Positions 31,201 to 38,707 of a DNA stretch of 64,000 nucleotides are shown here, in pieces. Numbering within the stretch: the stretch's first letter is position 1; each line of letters begins with the position of its first letter. The stretch spans positions 172,412 through 236,411 of the forward strand of contig CAYJKU010000001.1 in the NCBI GenBank assembly GCA_964371215.1, written 5' to 3'. The translations under genes and the position numbers were made by a program. The notes below the pieces were generated by a model. That model had not been told where the DNA came from. It saw nothing but the letters and a program-made list of their open reading frames with translations, and made no database searches. This DNA is from an uncultured Clostridium sp. Its GTDB lineage: Bacteria; Bacillota; Clostridia; TANB77; CAG-508.

Positions 31201-32421
31201 CTAAAATCCAATAATTTCATTATATACATCTATAGCAAAATTATCTGTCATTCCTGTAATATAACAAATAATTGCTCTAATATAATTTTCTTGAGTATTT
31301 TCATAAAATAAAACTGTATTATTTAAGTTTAAGTTTTCTCTATCATCAATATTAGAATATTGTATTAAAAATTCTTTAAATCCTTTTGCAAGTTTAGGAT
31401 AATTTTCAAATAAAGTATTACATGATGAAATCATATTTGTTCCATTAAAAGAATTTTTTAATGTAGAATATATTTCAGTTAATATTAATTCAAAATATTT
31501 AACAGATGATTGAACCTTATGTGAAAAATATATGTTTTCATAGTTGAACTTTTTTAATTTTTTCATAAGCTCAAAAGCTTCATGTGAGAAAGTTAATCCA
31601 TTTTCAAGTGAAGAGTTAGCAAATAAGTCAGTAATAAGGTAATTAATTATAATTGAATTATTTACTTGTTTAATATTAGAGTCTTTCAATAATTCTGTTA
31701 ATTCAGGAAGAGTATTTTCAAGCAATCCAAGAGATATAGCATCTTCAATATCTCTTCCTAAATATGAAATAGTGTCTGAAATTTTAACAACACAACCTTC
31801 CCAGGTATATGGCATAAATTCATTAGGTTTAGAGTAATTATTTAAATCAATAAATTCTTCTCTAGGTTTTAATCCATTTTCATTTACTTCACCACAATGT
31901 GAAATAATACCATCTCTAACAGCATAAGTTAGATTTAAGTTTGTTTTATTTCTATCACGGTCTTCTAATAATTCAATATTATCTATAAAATTTAATCCAT
32001 TTTTTTCATGCCAAAAAGATTCATCTAAATCTTCTTTACAAATTTTTGAAATAACTTTTTCTCCTGAATGTCCAAAAGGGGTATGGCCAATATCATGTCC
32101 AACAGAGATTGCTTTAGTTAGTTCTAAATTTAAACCAAAATGTTTAGCAATTGTATAACTGATTGATTCAACATGATTCACATGTTCAATCCTTGTACAT
32201 ATATGATCATTATTAGGAGAGAAAAAAACTTGAGTTTTATGTTTTAATCTTCTATAACCATTACAATGTAATAAACGAGTATAATCTCTTTCAAAATCTG
32301 TTCTTTGCTCATTTGGAGCTGTATATATATTATTAACTCTTGAAATCATATTAATCCATTTTGGATTCTTTATATTTGCAGAGTGTTCTTTTAATAAATC
32401 CTTCATAATACCTCTTTTCAT
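31201..32421 (-). CDS. dGTPase-like HD-domain triphosphohydrolase (Dgt/COG0232 family)
   Basis: YRRLKHKTQVF, TRIEHVNHV and VGHDIGHTPFGHSGE motifs. The true start may be the internal ATG at 32406, which follows AAGAGG. Confidence 0.85.
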   Translation of the reverse strand: MKRGIMKDLLKEHSANIKNPKWINMISRVNNIYTAPNEQRTDFERDYTRLLHCNGYRRLKHKTQVFFSPNNDHICTRIEHVNHVESISYTIAKHFGLNLELTKAISVGHDIGHTPFGHSGEKVISKICKEDLDESFWHEKNGLNFIDNIELLEDRDRNKTNLNLTYAVRDGIISHCGEVNENGLKPREEFIDLNNYSKPNEFMPYTWEGCVVKISDTISYLGRDIEDAISLGLLENTLPELTELLKDSNIKQVNNSIIINYLITDLFANSSLENGLTFSHEAFELMKKLKKFNYENIYFSHKVQSSVKYFELILTEIYSTLKNSFNGTNMISSCNTLFENYPKLAKGFKEFLIQYSNIDDRENLNLNNTVLFYENTQENYIRAIICYITGMTDNFAIDVYNEIIGF

Positions 32422-32498
32422 ATTTAAATATTTAACAGATTATACCATTAAACATTGAAAAATACAATAATTCGTAGATAGAATATATATGGTGGATA

Positions 32499-32527
32499 TT
32501 GTAAAATAATGGAATAAATGGTAGAAT
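32499..32527 (+). promoter_or_regulatory. Sigma-A promoter TTGTAA-17-TAGAAT (TGn extended)
   Basis: TTGTAA at 32499-32504, tgg then TAGAAT at 32522-32527. Confidence 0.45.
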
Positions 32528-32608
32528 ATACATATATTTTATATAAATAACCTATTTAGATTTACTTGTCCAGTCTACTAAAATGGGGAAACACAAAGGA
32601 GAATAGGT

Positions 32609-32794
32609 ATGAGCAAGAATATGCCTGAAATAATACAAGGCCCTGGTGGTGAAGTATTAATTGAAATAGCAACTGGCAAATATGTGTACACTATAACGGA
32701 AACTATAGACGTAGAATTTTATGAGGATCTTTATGAGGATCTTTATGATGAAGATGATGAAAAAAATCTGATAGAATATAGAAGTGATGAATAA
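32609..32794 (+). CDS. Small acidic protein, unknown function
   Basis: AAGGAG lies 7 nt before the ATG and a terminator follows. The C-terminus YEDLYEDLYDEDDE is encoded by a 12-bp tandem duplication (32720-32743). Confidence 0.55.
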   Translation: MSKNMPEIIQGPGGEVLIEIATGKYVYTITETIDVEFYEDLYEDLYDEDDEKNLIEYRSDE

Positions 32795-32797
32795 TAT

Positions 32798-32828
32798 AAA
32801 CACCTTAGGACAAGAAGGTGTTTTTTTA
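32798..32828 (+). terminator. Intrinsic terminator
   Basis: Arms aacacctt / aaggtgtt followed by T7. Confidence 0.75.
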
Positions 32829-32978
32829 TTTGAATTGAATTTAAAAAAGTTAGAAGTAATTATTGATAAAAGAAATCATAAGTGATATTGTAGATATACA
32901 TTAATATAAATATCCATTTCAATTTGAGTTGTCCTAAATTGAATAAAATGGATAAATAAATTTAAGGAGAGATATATT

Positions 32979-33122
32979 ATGTCCTCAAAAAAAAGTCCAT
33001 TAGAAAAATTTCTTGAAAAAGATAGAGAGTGTAACAATGGAGATAACGAATGTTGTGGTAATAAAGTGAAATTAAATGACAATGATGATGAAAAAGATTT
33101 TGAATGCAATTGCTTTGACTAA
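32979..33122 (+). CDS. 47-aa Cys-rich acidic peptide (MSSKKSPLEKFLEKDRECNNGDNECCGNKVKLNDNDDEKDFECNCFD), not in the ORF track
   Basis: AAGGAG at 32964-32969 lies 9 nt upstream of the ATG, and a hairpin terminator lies 14 nt after the stop. It replaces the antisense 77-aa track ORF. Confidence 0.55.
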   Translation: MSSKKSPLEKFLEKDRECNNGDNECCGNKVKLNDNDDEKDFECNCFD

Positions 33123-33135
33123 AATTAAATAATGT

Positions 33136-33175
33136 AAAATAGCTTTCTTTGGACAACAGGAAGCTATTTTAGTTT
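33136..33175 (+). terminator. Intrinsic terminator after the Cys-rich peptide gene
   Basis: Arms aaaatagctt (33136-33145) / aagctatttt (33161-33170). Confidence 0.6.
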
Positions 33176-33231
33176 GTAAAAAGAACTGAATAGAGAATTT
33201 GTTATATATTGTTAAAAAAAGAAAAATTTTG

Positions 33232-33260
33232 TTGACAAAAAGTATATTTATATTTAGAAT
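33232..33260 (+). promoter_or_regulatory. Sigma-A promoter TTGACA-17-TAGAAT upstream of tmk
   Basis: TTGACA at 33232-33237, TAGAAT at 33255-33260. Confidence 0.55.
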
Positions 33261-33299
33261 GTGAATGTATAACGAAAAAAATATTTAAAGGAGAGTCAA

Positions 33300-33974
33300 A
33301 TGGGGAAATTATTTGTTATTGATGGAACTGATGGTAGTGGAAAACAAACTCAATTTAAAAAATTAATAGAAAAACTAGAAAGTGAAGATATAGATTTTAG
33401 AACAGTAAGTTTTCCTAACTATGATAGTCCAAGTTCAGCACTTGTTAAAATGTACTTAGCAGGAGATTTTGGAAAAAATGCTAAAAATGTAAGTCCATAT
33501 ATAGCTTCAACATTTTATGCAGCAGATAGATATGCAACATTTCAAACAGGATTTAAAGAATATTATGATAATGGTGGAATAATACTTGCAGATAGATATA
33601 CAACTGCTAATATGGTACATCAAGCAGGTAAAATATCTGATGAAGTAGAAAGAAATAAATTTATGGATTGGTTAGTAGATCTAGAATTTAATTTATATGG
33701 TCTGCCAAAACCAACAGAAGTATTTTTCTTAAATATGCCAGTTGAAAAATCAATTGAATTAATGAAAGATAGAGAAAACAAAATAACAAAAGAAGCAACA
33801 AAAGATATACATGAAAGTGATAAGAATCATTTATTAGATGCATATAATGCGGCATGTATTTTATCTAAAGAACAAAATTGGTATGAAGTATCTTGTGTTA
33901 AAGAAAATAAAATAAGAACAATAGAAGATATACATAAAGAGATATATGAAGAAGTAAAAAAATATGTAAAATAG
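33300..33974 (+). CDS. tmk: Thymidylate kinase-like nucleoside monophosphate kinase
   Basis: P-loop FVIDGTDGSGKQTQ and a DRY motif (LADRYTTANMVHQ). Confidence 0.8.
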   Translation: MGKLFVIDGTDGSGKQTQFKKLIEKLESEDIDFRTVSFPNYDSPSSALVKMYLAGDFGKNAKNVSPYIASTFYAADRYATFQTGFKEYYDNGGIILADRYTTANMVHQAGKISDEVERNKFMDWLVDLEFNLYGLPKPTEVFFLNMPVEKSIELMKDRENKITKEATKDIHESDKNHLLDAYNAACILSKEQNWYEVSCVKENKIRTIEDIHKEIYEEVKKYVK

Positions 33975-34094
33975 AAAAAGTTGTTTAAAGGAGATAATAA
34001 GAGAAAAAGCTAGTAATAAGATGAAAATGCTAGATAAACAACTCGTAGTTATCTATATTAAACTCATATAGAATTAATAGAACTTAAATAAAAT

Positions 34095-34123
34095 TTGGAA
34101 TAAATCTGGAAAAATTGTATAAT
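34095..34123 (+). promoter_or_regulatory. Sigma-A promoter TTGGAA-17-TATAAT driving the large ncRNA
   Basis: TTGGAA at 34095-34100, 17-nt spacer, TATAAT at 34118-34123. Confidence 0.55.
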
Positions 34124-34129
34124 ATATAC

Positions 34130-34715
34130 CGATGGTGCATTATTCTAGTCATGCAAACTTTATGAGGGTGGGGCTAAAAATCCACTAAAGGACATATCGT
34201 TGAAGTTTCTTATTTATGCGCGAAATGCCAGTTTTGTGTGTATCTAGGGAGTAAAGGTGTTAGGGTATTATATAATGGCATATATAAAATCCCTAATTCC
34301 GTGGAGGCTTAAAAGTAATTTTAAGTATAACCTACGTTGAGTGCCAAGACACAAAAAACGTAGCGTAGTCTGTCTTGAGTGAAAATATTGGGATTAGTTT
34401 ATCAATTATGAAATTGTTTTTGCAAAAAAGACTAGTAAAGGTAATTTGCATGTTAAGGAAAACTTCTAGGATGTTTGCTTACATCTATTAGCAAAAAAGT
34501 CTAGGGATTAAGGTACAGATTTGAGTGGCGATCTGGTGTCTATTTATTTAAATAGATGTTTCTTTTAAACGGAAACGACTCTTATAGTAATATAAAGTAA
34601 GAAATAGAGAAATTCAACCAGACCTAAACTGTAAAATTTACTTAGGCTTTTACCATCTAGAGAGAATATAATGTAGATAGATTTAATCTGATTTGGATTT
34701 TATCTGTCTATTTTC
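34130..34715 (+). ncRNA. Large structured non-coding RNA, OLE-like (ornate, large, extremophilic RNA class); boundaries approximate
   Basis: About 585 nt with no ORF on either strand and visibly more G/C than the flanks. Many local helices, including cttaaaa-GTAA-ttttaag (GNRA loop, 34307-34324), caagaca/tgtcttg (34346-34376), tgcaaa/tttgca and tctattta/taaataga. A motif CTAG(GGA)nTAAAGGT recurs three times. It has its own promoter and a 3' hairpin with a T-run at 34672-34716. Directly upstream of a 4-TM OapA-like gene. Confidence 0.55.
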
Positions 34716-34733
34716 ATAGATAGGAGAAAAAAA

Positions 34734-35351
34734 TTGAAATTAAAAACAAAAAGAAAAGAAGATTTAACAGAGGAAATTGAGAAAACTAAAGAAGAAAAAA
34801 ATAAAAGTAAAAAAGAGAATGAGAAAAAAGAAAATACAAATATAAGATGGTTTATACAAGTATTTATAATGACATTTATATTGTCAATTGTTTTTTCATT
34901 TATATCATCAAATGGAGTATCTAACTTAGATGTAGTACCGGCAATATTAGTTTTAATTGGAGTTGTATTTTTAGGAATATGTTTTGATATTATTGCAGTA
35001 GCAGTTACAGTTGCAAATGAACACGAATTTCATGCTAAAGCAACTAAAAAAGTAAAAGGTTCAAAAAAATCTATAAAATTAATTAAAAATGCACCAAGAG
35101 TAGCAAATATATGTGCAGATGTTATAGGAGATATTTGTGGAGTATTAAGTGGTGCGATAAGTGCAATGATATCTATTAAAATAGGCCAAGAAGCAAATAT
35201 ACCGTTTGATGTACAATTCATAATTAGTGCATTAGTTGCAGCATTTACAGTAGGAGGAAAAGCAATAGGAAAAGAAATTGCAAATAATCAATCTACAAAA
35301 ATAGTACATAATGTAGGAATAATATTACATAAATTTAGTAAAAATAAATAA
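34734..35351 (+). CDS. oapA: Four-TM membrane protein with Lys-rich N-terminal tail; OapA-like (OLE-associated protein A) by context
   Basis: TTG start 6 nt after AGGAGA. About 22 kDa with four hydrophobic helices and conserved-looking acidic residues in the TM helices (CFDIIAVAV, CADVIGDICG). Position immediately 3' of the large ncRNA. Confidence 0.45.
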   Translation: MKLKTKRKEDLTEEIEKTKEEKNKSKKENEKKENTNIRWFIQVFIMTFILSIVFSFISSNGVSNLDVVPAILVLIGVVFLGICFDIIAVAVTVANEHEFHAKATKKVKGSKKSIKLIKNAPRVANICADVIGDICGVLSGAISAMISIKIGQEANIPFDVQFIISALVAAFTVGGKAIGKEIANNQSTKIVHNVGIILHKFSKNK

Positions 35352-35371
35352 TATAAAATTTAGGGGGATAT

Positions 35372-36130
35372 ATGAAGGCATTAATAACAGGAGCATCATC
35401 AGGGATAGGAAAAGATATAGCATTTTCTCTTGCTAAAAGAGGATATGATGTAGTTTTAGTAGGAAGAGACAAAGAAAGATTAGAAGAATGTGGAAACGAA
35501 ATAGAAGAAGAATATGCAGTCACAGTAAAAAAAATAGCTGTTGATTTATCTAATCAAGAAAATTGTAAAGCATTATATAAAAAAGTACCTAATGTTGATA
35601 TATTGGTAAATAATGCTGGATTCGGTGATTGTGGGAATTTTACAGATACATCACTAGAAAAAGATTTGAAAATGATAAATACAAATATATCTGCATATCA
35701 TATTTTAACAAAACTATATTTAGATGATATGAAAAAAGAAGGACAAGGTAAAATATTAAATGTTGCATCAATTGCAGGATTTATGCCAGGACCTTTAATG
35801 GCAACATATTATGCAACAAAATCTTATGTAGTACGTTTATCTGAAAGTATAAGGGAAGAACTAAATAAAGAAAAATCTAATGTTAAGATTAGCATATTAT
35901 GCCCAGGACCAGTTAAAACAAATTTTACAAAAACAGCAAATGTTAAATTTAAAATGAAAGGTGCAGATAGTGCTGATGTAGCTGAATATGCAGTAAAGAA
36001 AATGCAAAAAGGAAAATTCTATATTGTACCTAAATTATCTATAAAATTTGCTAAGTTGGGAGCTAAAATTGCACCTACATCATTAGCGGGAAAAGTATCA
36101 TATATGATTCAAAAAAGAAAACTAGACTAA
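35372..36130 (+). CDS. Short-chain dehydrogenase/reductase (SDR)
   Basis: TGASSGIGKDIA, NNAG, and S...YYATK catalytic motifs. Confidence 0.9.
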   Translation: MKALITGASSGIGKDIAFSLAKRGYDVVLVGRDKERLEECGNEIEEEYAVTVKKIAVDLSNQENCKALYKKVPNVDILVNNAGFGDCGNFTDTSLEKDLKMINTNISAYHILTKLYLDDMKKEGQGKILNVASIAGFMPGPLMATYYATKSYVVRLSESIREELNKEKSNVKISILCPGPVKTNFTKTANVKFKMKGADSADVAEYAVKKMQKGKFYIVPKLSIKFAKLGAKIAPTSLAGKVSYMIQKRKLD

Positions 36131-36136
36131 TTTAAA

Positions 36137-36171
36137 TATATAATATATAATATATAATATATAATATATAA
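36137..36171. repeat. Microsatellite (TATATAA)x5
   Basis: Five perfect 7-bp units between the SDR stop and the next start. Each unit junction creates a TATAAT. Confidence 0.9.
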
Positions 36172-36215
36172 TGAAGATGAAAAATGAAAAAGAATAAACA
36201 AACTAAGGAGAAAAA

Positions 36216-36920
36216 ATGAATTTAGTAGCGGTTTTAATAATATTTAATGTACTAATATTAGTATATCAAGTTATAATTGAAATATTTACAACATTATGCA
36301 GAATTACAGGAATAAATCACGATAGTGCACGTTTTCAAGTTGTTTCAATGTTAACTGGAACAGGATTTACGACAGCAGAAAGTGAAGTTATGTTATTAAC
36401 AAAAAAAAGAAGACATTTGGCACAAGTAATAATGTTATTTAGTTATATATTTAATATATCTATAGTTTCTGTATTTGTTAATATTTTTCTAGCAATGCTT
36501 GACACAACAGCAACCCAAGTTCAATTAGGTATAGTTGTTACGTTGTGGAATTTAGTATTAATATATTTTATGAATAAATCTAGAATATTTAGAGGTTTGA
36601 TAGATAAAATTGTTATGAGTATAGTTAATGTGAAAAATAAGAGTAAAGAAAACTTCATATCTGTATATGATACATATGGAAGTAAAGTAATAGCAGAGAT
36701 AGAGCTAAAAAATCTTAGGGAAGAATTTGATAGAAAAACAGTTGAAGATTCTAAACTTAAAACTACATATGGAATACAGCTATTAGTAATAAAAAGAAAA
36801 GAACAAATTATATCTGAAATATATTCGAATACAATGATAAAAAAAGGAGATACTATAGTTGTATTTGGAGCCATGAGAGATATAAAAAATGCTTTTAAAA
36901 AGAAAGTAGAAAAATATTAA
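36216..36920 (+). CDS. Membrane protein with a single pore-loop-like segment and a C-terminal TrkA-C (RCK_C) domain
   Basis: The hydrophobic N-terminal half contains LTGTGFTTAE, which resembles Trk/Ktr MPM pore loops. C-terminus KVIAEIEL...GIQLLVIKRKEQ...IKKGDTIVVFG fits RCK_C. Confidence 0.55.
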   Translation: MNLVAVLIIFNVLILVYQVIIEIFTTLCRITGINHDSARFQVVSMLTGTGFTTAESEVMLLTKKRRHLAQVIMLFSYIFNISIVSVFVNIFLAMLDTTATQVQLGIVVTLWNLVLIYFMNKSRIFRGLIDKIVMSIVNVKNKSKENFISVYDTYGSKVIAEIELKNLREEFDRKTVEDSKLKTTYGIQLLVIKRKEQIISEIYSNTMIKKGDTIVVFGAMRDIKNAFKKKVEKY

Positions 36921-36943
36921 TAAAAATAAATATAAATAAAAAC

Positions 36944-36977
36944 AAAAAAGAAGAGCTAATAAGTTCTTCTTTTTTTG
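36944..36977. terminator. Bidirectional intrinsic terminator
   Basis: Arms aagaagagc / gttcttctt flanked by A6 and T7 runs. Confidence 0.7.
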
Positions 36978-36987
36978 CTAAAATAGA

Positions 36988-37293
36988 TTAAATAGGTGTT
37001 ATATAAGTGATTTTAATATTTAAATCACTTAACATTTTTTTGAAAATTATTAAAAATGTAGAAACATCATTTGAGGGACAAACAATTTCTAAAGAAACTG
37101 TTTTGACTTTTCGTGATTCTAAAAATTTTGAACAATTTTTAGAGAGTAATACCAAATTATTATTTGGTATTGGAGATAAATCTGGATAATATTTTTTTAA
37201 TTTCCGTGTTGTACCAAAATAATGAGTATCATATATCTCTAATTGAGATTTTGAACCATTAATTTTAAGGTAATAGTGTGTAGTAATGACCAT
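36988..37293 (-). CDS. Hypothetical 101-aa protein
   Basis: AGGAGG lies 7 nt upstream of the ATG. No recognisable motif. Confidence 0.5.
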   Translation of the reverse strand: MVITTHYYLKINGSKSQLEIYDTHYFGTTRKLKKYYPDLSPIPNNNLVLLSKNCSKFLESRKVKTVSLEIVCPSNDVSTFLIIFKKMLSDLNIKITYITPI

Positions 37294-37382
37294 AATTATG
37301 ACCTCCTGTAATATATAAGATAATAAAGATTATATCATTTTTTCTTTGGTTTTACAATATATGCTAAATATATAGTTTGGCA

Positions 37383-37411
37383 TTGACTAATAAAAACAAA
37401 TGTTCTATAAT
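37383..37411 (+). promoter_or_regulatory. Sigma-A promoter TTGACT-17-TATAAT with an embedded LexA (SOS) box-like site
   Basis: TTGACT at 37383-37388, TATAAT at 37406-37411. The spacer holds AAACAAATGTTC (37394-37405), which reads GAACATTTGTTT on the other strand and so fits GAAC-N4-GTTT/C. Confidence 0.5.
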
Positions 37412-37426
37412 GATAATGGTGATAAT

Positions 37427-38638
37427 ATGGAAAGACAAATATTACATATAGATGTTAATAATGCATTTTTAAGTTGGACAGCAGTAGAAATGCTTAAAAA
37501 TGGGTATAAAGAAGATATAAGAGAAATTCCATCAATAATAGGTGGAGATGAATCACAAAGAAGAGGTATAGTACTTGCAAAAAGTATGAAAGCAAAGGCT
37601 ATAGGGATAAAAACAGCAGATACAATATATAAAGCAAAAATATTATGTCCAAATATTCAAATATTTTCAAGTGACTATAGTGTATATGTAAAATATTCAG
37701 ATATGCTATATAATCTTTTATTAGATTATACAGATAAAATTGAAAGATATAGTATAGATGAGTGTTTTTTGGATATGACAAATTATTTAATGGATGATAC
37801 ATTGATTAATATTGCAAACAAAATAAGTAAAAGAGTAAAAGAAGAGTTAGGTTTTACTGTAAATATTGGAGTTGCAAATAATAAGTTACTTGCAAAAATG
37901 GCATCAGATTTTGAGAAACCAAATAAAGTGCATACATTGTGGAAAAGTGAGCTAGAATCTAAATTATGGGGGCTACCAGTATCTGAATTATTTATGTTAG
38001 GTAAAAAAACAGTTCCGAAATTATATAATATGCAAATAAAAAAAATAGGGGATTTAGCAATATACAATAAAAACTTAATAACAGCTAAATTTGGAAAGCA
38101 TGGAAAAATGATATGGGAATATGCAAATGGAATTGATGATTCAGAAGTAAAATATATAAAAGAAAAACCAAAAGGTGTAGGAAATTCAGTTACTTTTAGT
38201 GAAGATATAGCAGATATTAATGAATTAGAAAAAATAGTATTTTCTCTTGTTGAACAAGTAACATTTAGATTAAGAAAACATGATATGGTAGCAAAAACAG
38301 TTAGTGTACAATTAAGATCAAAAGATTTTGTAGATAAGAGTCATCAAGAAAAATTAAGTACACCAACTTCTTCTACAAGCGAAATATATATAAAAGCCAA
38401 AAAACTATTAAAGGATATGTATACAAAAGGTCAATTTATTAGATTAGTAGGAGTTAGAGTAGATGGATTAACATCAAAACATGAACAGCAATTATCTATA
38501 TTTGATTTAGAAGAAAGTGGTAATAATAAGAAAAAAGATAAAATAGATAAGGTATTAGATGAATTAAAAAACAAATATGGATATGACTCAATAACAAGAG
38601 CTGGAAAAATGGGAATAGATTTAAAGTTTAAGGAATAA
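37427..38638 (+). CDS. dinB: Y-family DNA polymerase (Pol IV-like)
   Basis: ILHIDVNNAFLS, YSIDECFLDMT and VANNKLLAKMASD motifs. The track ATG at 37400 lies inside the promoter, so ATG 37427 is preferred. Confidence 0.88.
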   Translation: MERQILHIDVNNAFLSWTAVEMLKNGYKEDIREIPSIIGGDESQRRGIVLAKSMKAKAIGIKTADTIYKAKILCPNIQIFSSDYSVYVKYSDMLYNLLLDYTDKIERYSIDECFLDMTNYLMDDTLINIANKISKRVKEELGFTVNIGVANNKLLAKMASDFEKPNKVHTLWKSELESKLWGLPVSELFMLGKKTVPKLYNMQIKKIGDLAIYNKNLITAKFGKHGKMIWEYANGIDDSEVKYIKEKPKGVGNSVTFSEDIADINELEKIVFSLVEQVTFRLRKHDMVAKTVSVQLRSKDFVDKSHQEKLSTPTSSTSEIYIKAKKLLKDMYTKGQFIRLVGVRVDGLTSKHEQQLSIFDLEESGNNKKKDKIDKVLDELKNKYGYDSITRAGKMGIDLKFKE

Positions 38639-38707
38639 AATACAATGAATATCTTTAAAAAAAACTTGAAATATGGTATAATACTATAATAGAAAAAGGA
38701 GAAGTAA

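Noticed and set aside
31201-32421. Dgt-like dGTPase as an anti-phage dNTP-depletion gene
   Set aside because: It is embedded in a tight operon with metabolic-looking genes and has the common Firmicutes Dgt-like architecture. Nothing in the sequence marks it as accessory.
32876-33109. 77-aa minus-strand ORF from the ORF track
   Set aside because: It has no RBS, and its composition is low-complexity and Ser/Leu/Phe-rich. It is antisense to a plus-strand 47-codon ORF that has a canonical RBS and terminator.
32979-33122. SCIFF (six-cysteines-in-forty-five) ranthipeptide precursor
   Set aside because: It has only five Cys, the spacing is unlike the SCIFF C-terminal cluster as I recall it, and there is no adjacent radical SAM maturase.
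34000-34733. RNase P RNA, tmRNA, group II intron, T-box or riboswitch as the identity of the ORF-free structured region
   Set aside because: I could not find the RNase P GAGGAAAGTCC-type core. There is no tRNA-like 5' GGGG / 3' CCACCA end and no tag ORF for tmRNA. There is no domain V-like group II hairpin and no intron ORF. At ~585 nt the region is far too long for known riboswitches. Its size and the downstream 4-TM gene fit OLE better.
36137-36171. CRISPR array or other interspaced repeats
   Set aside because: The only short tandem repeats are the 7-bp microsatellite here and the 12-bp duplication at 32720-32743. Neither has repeat-spacer architecture, and no cas genes are present.
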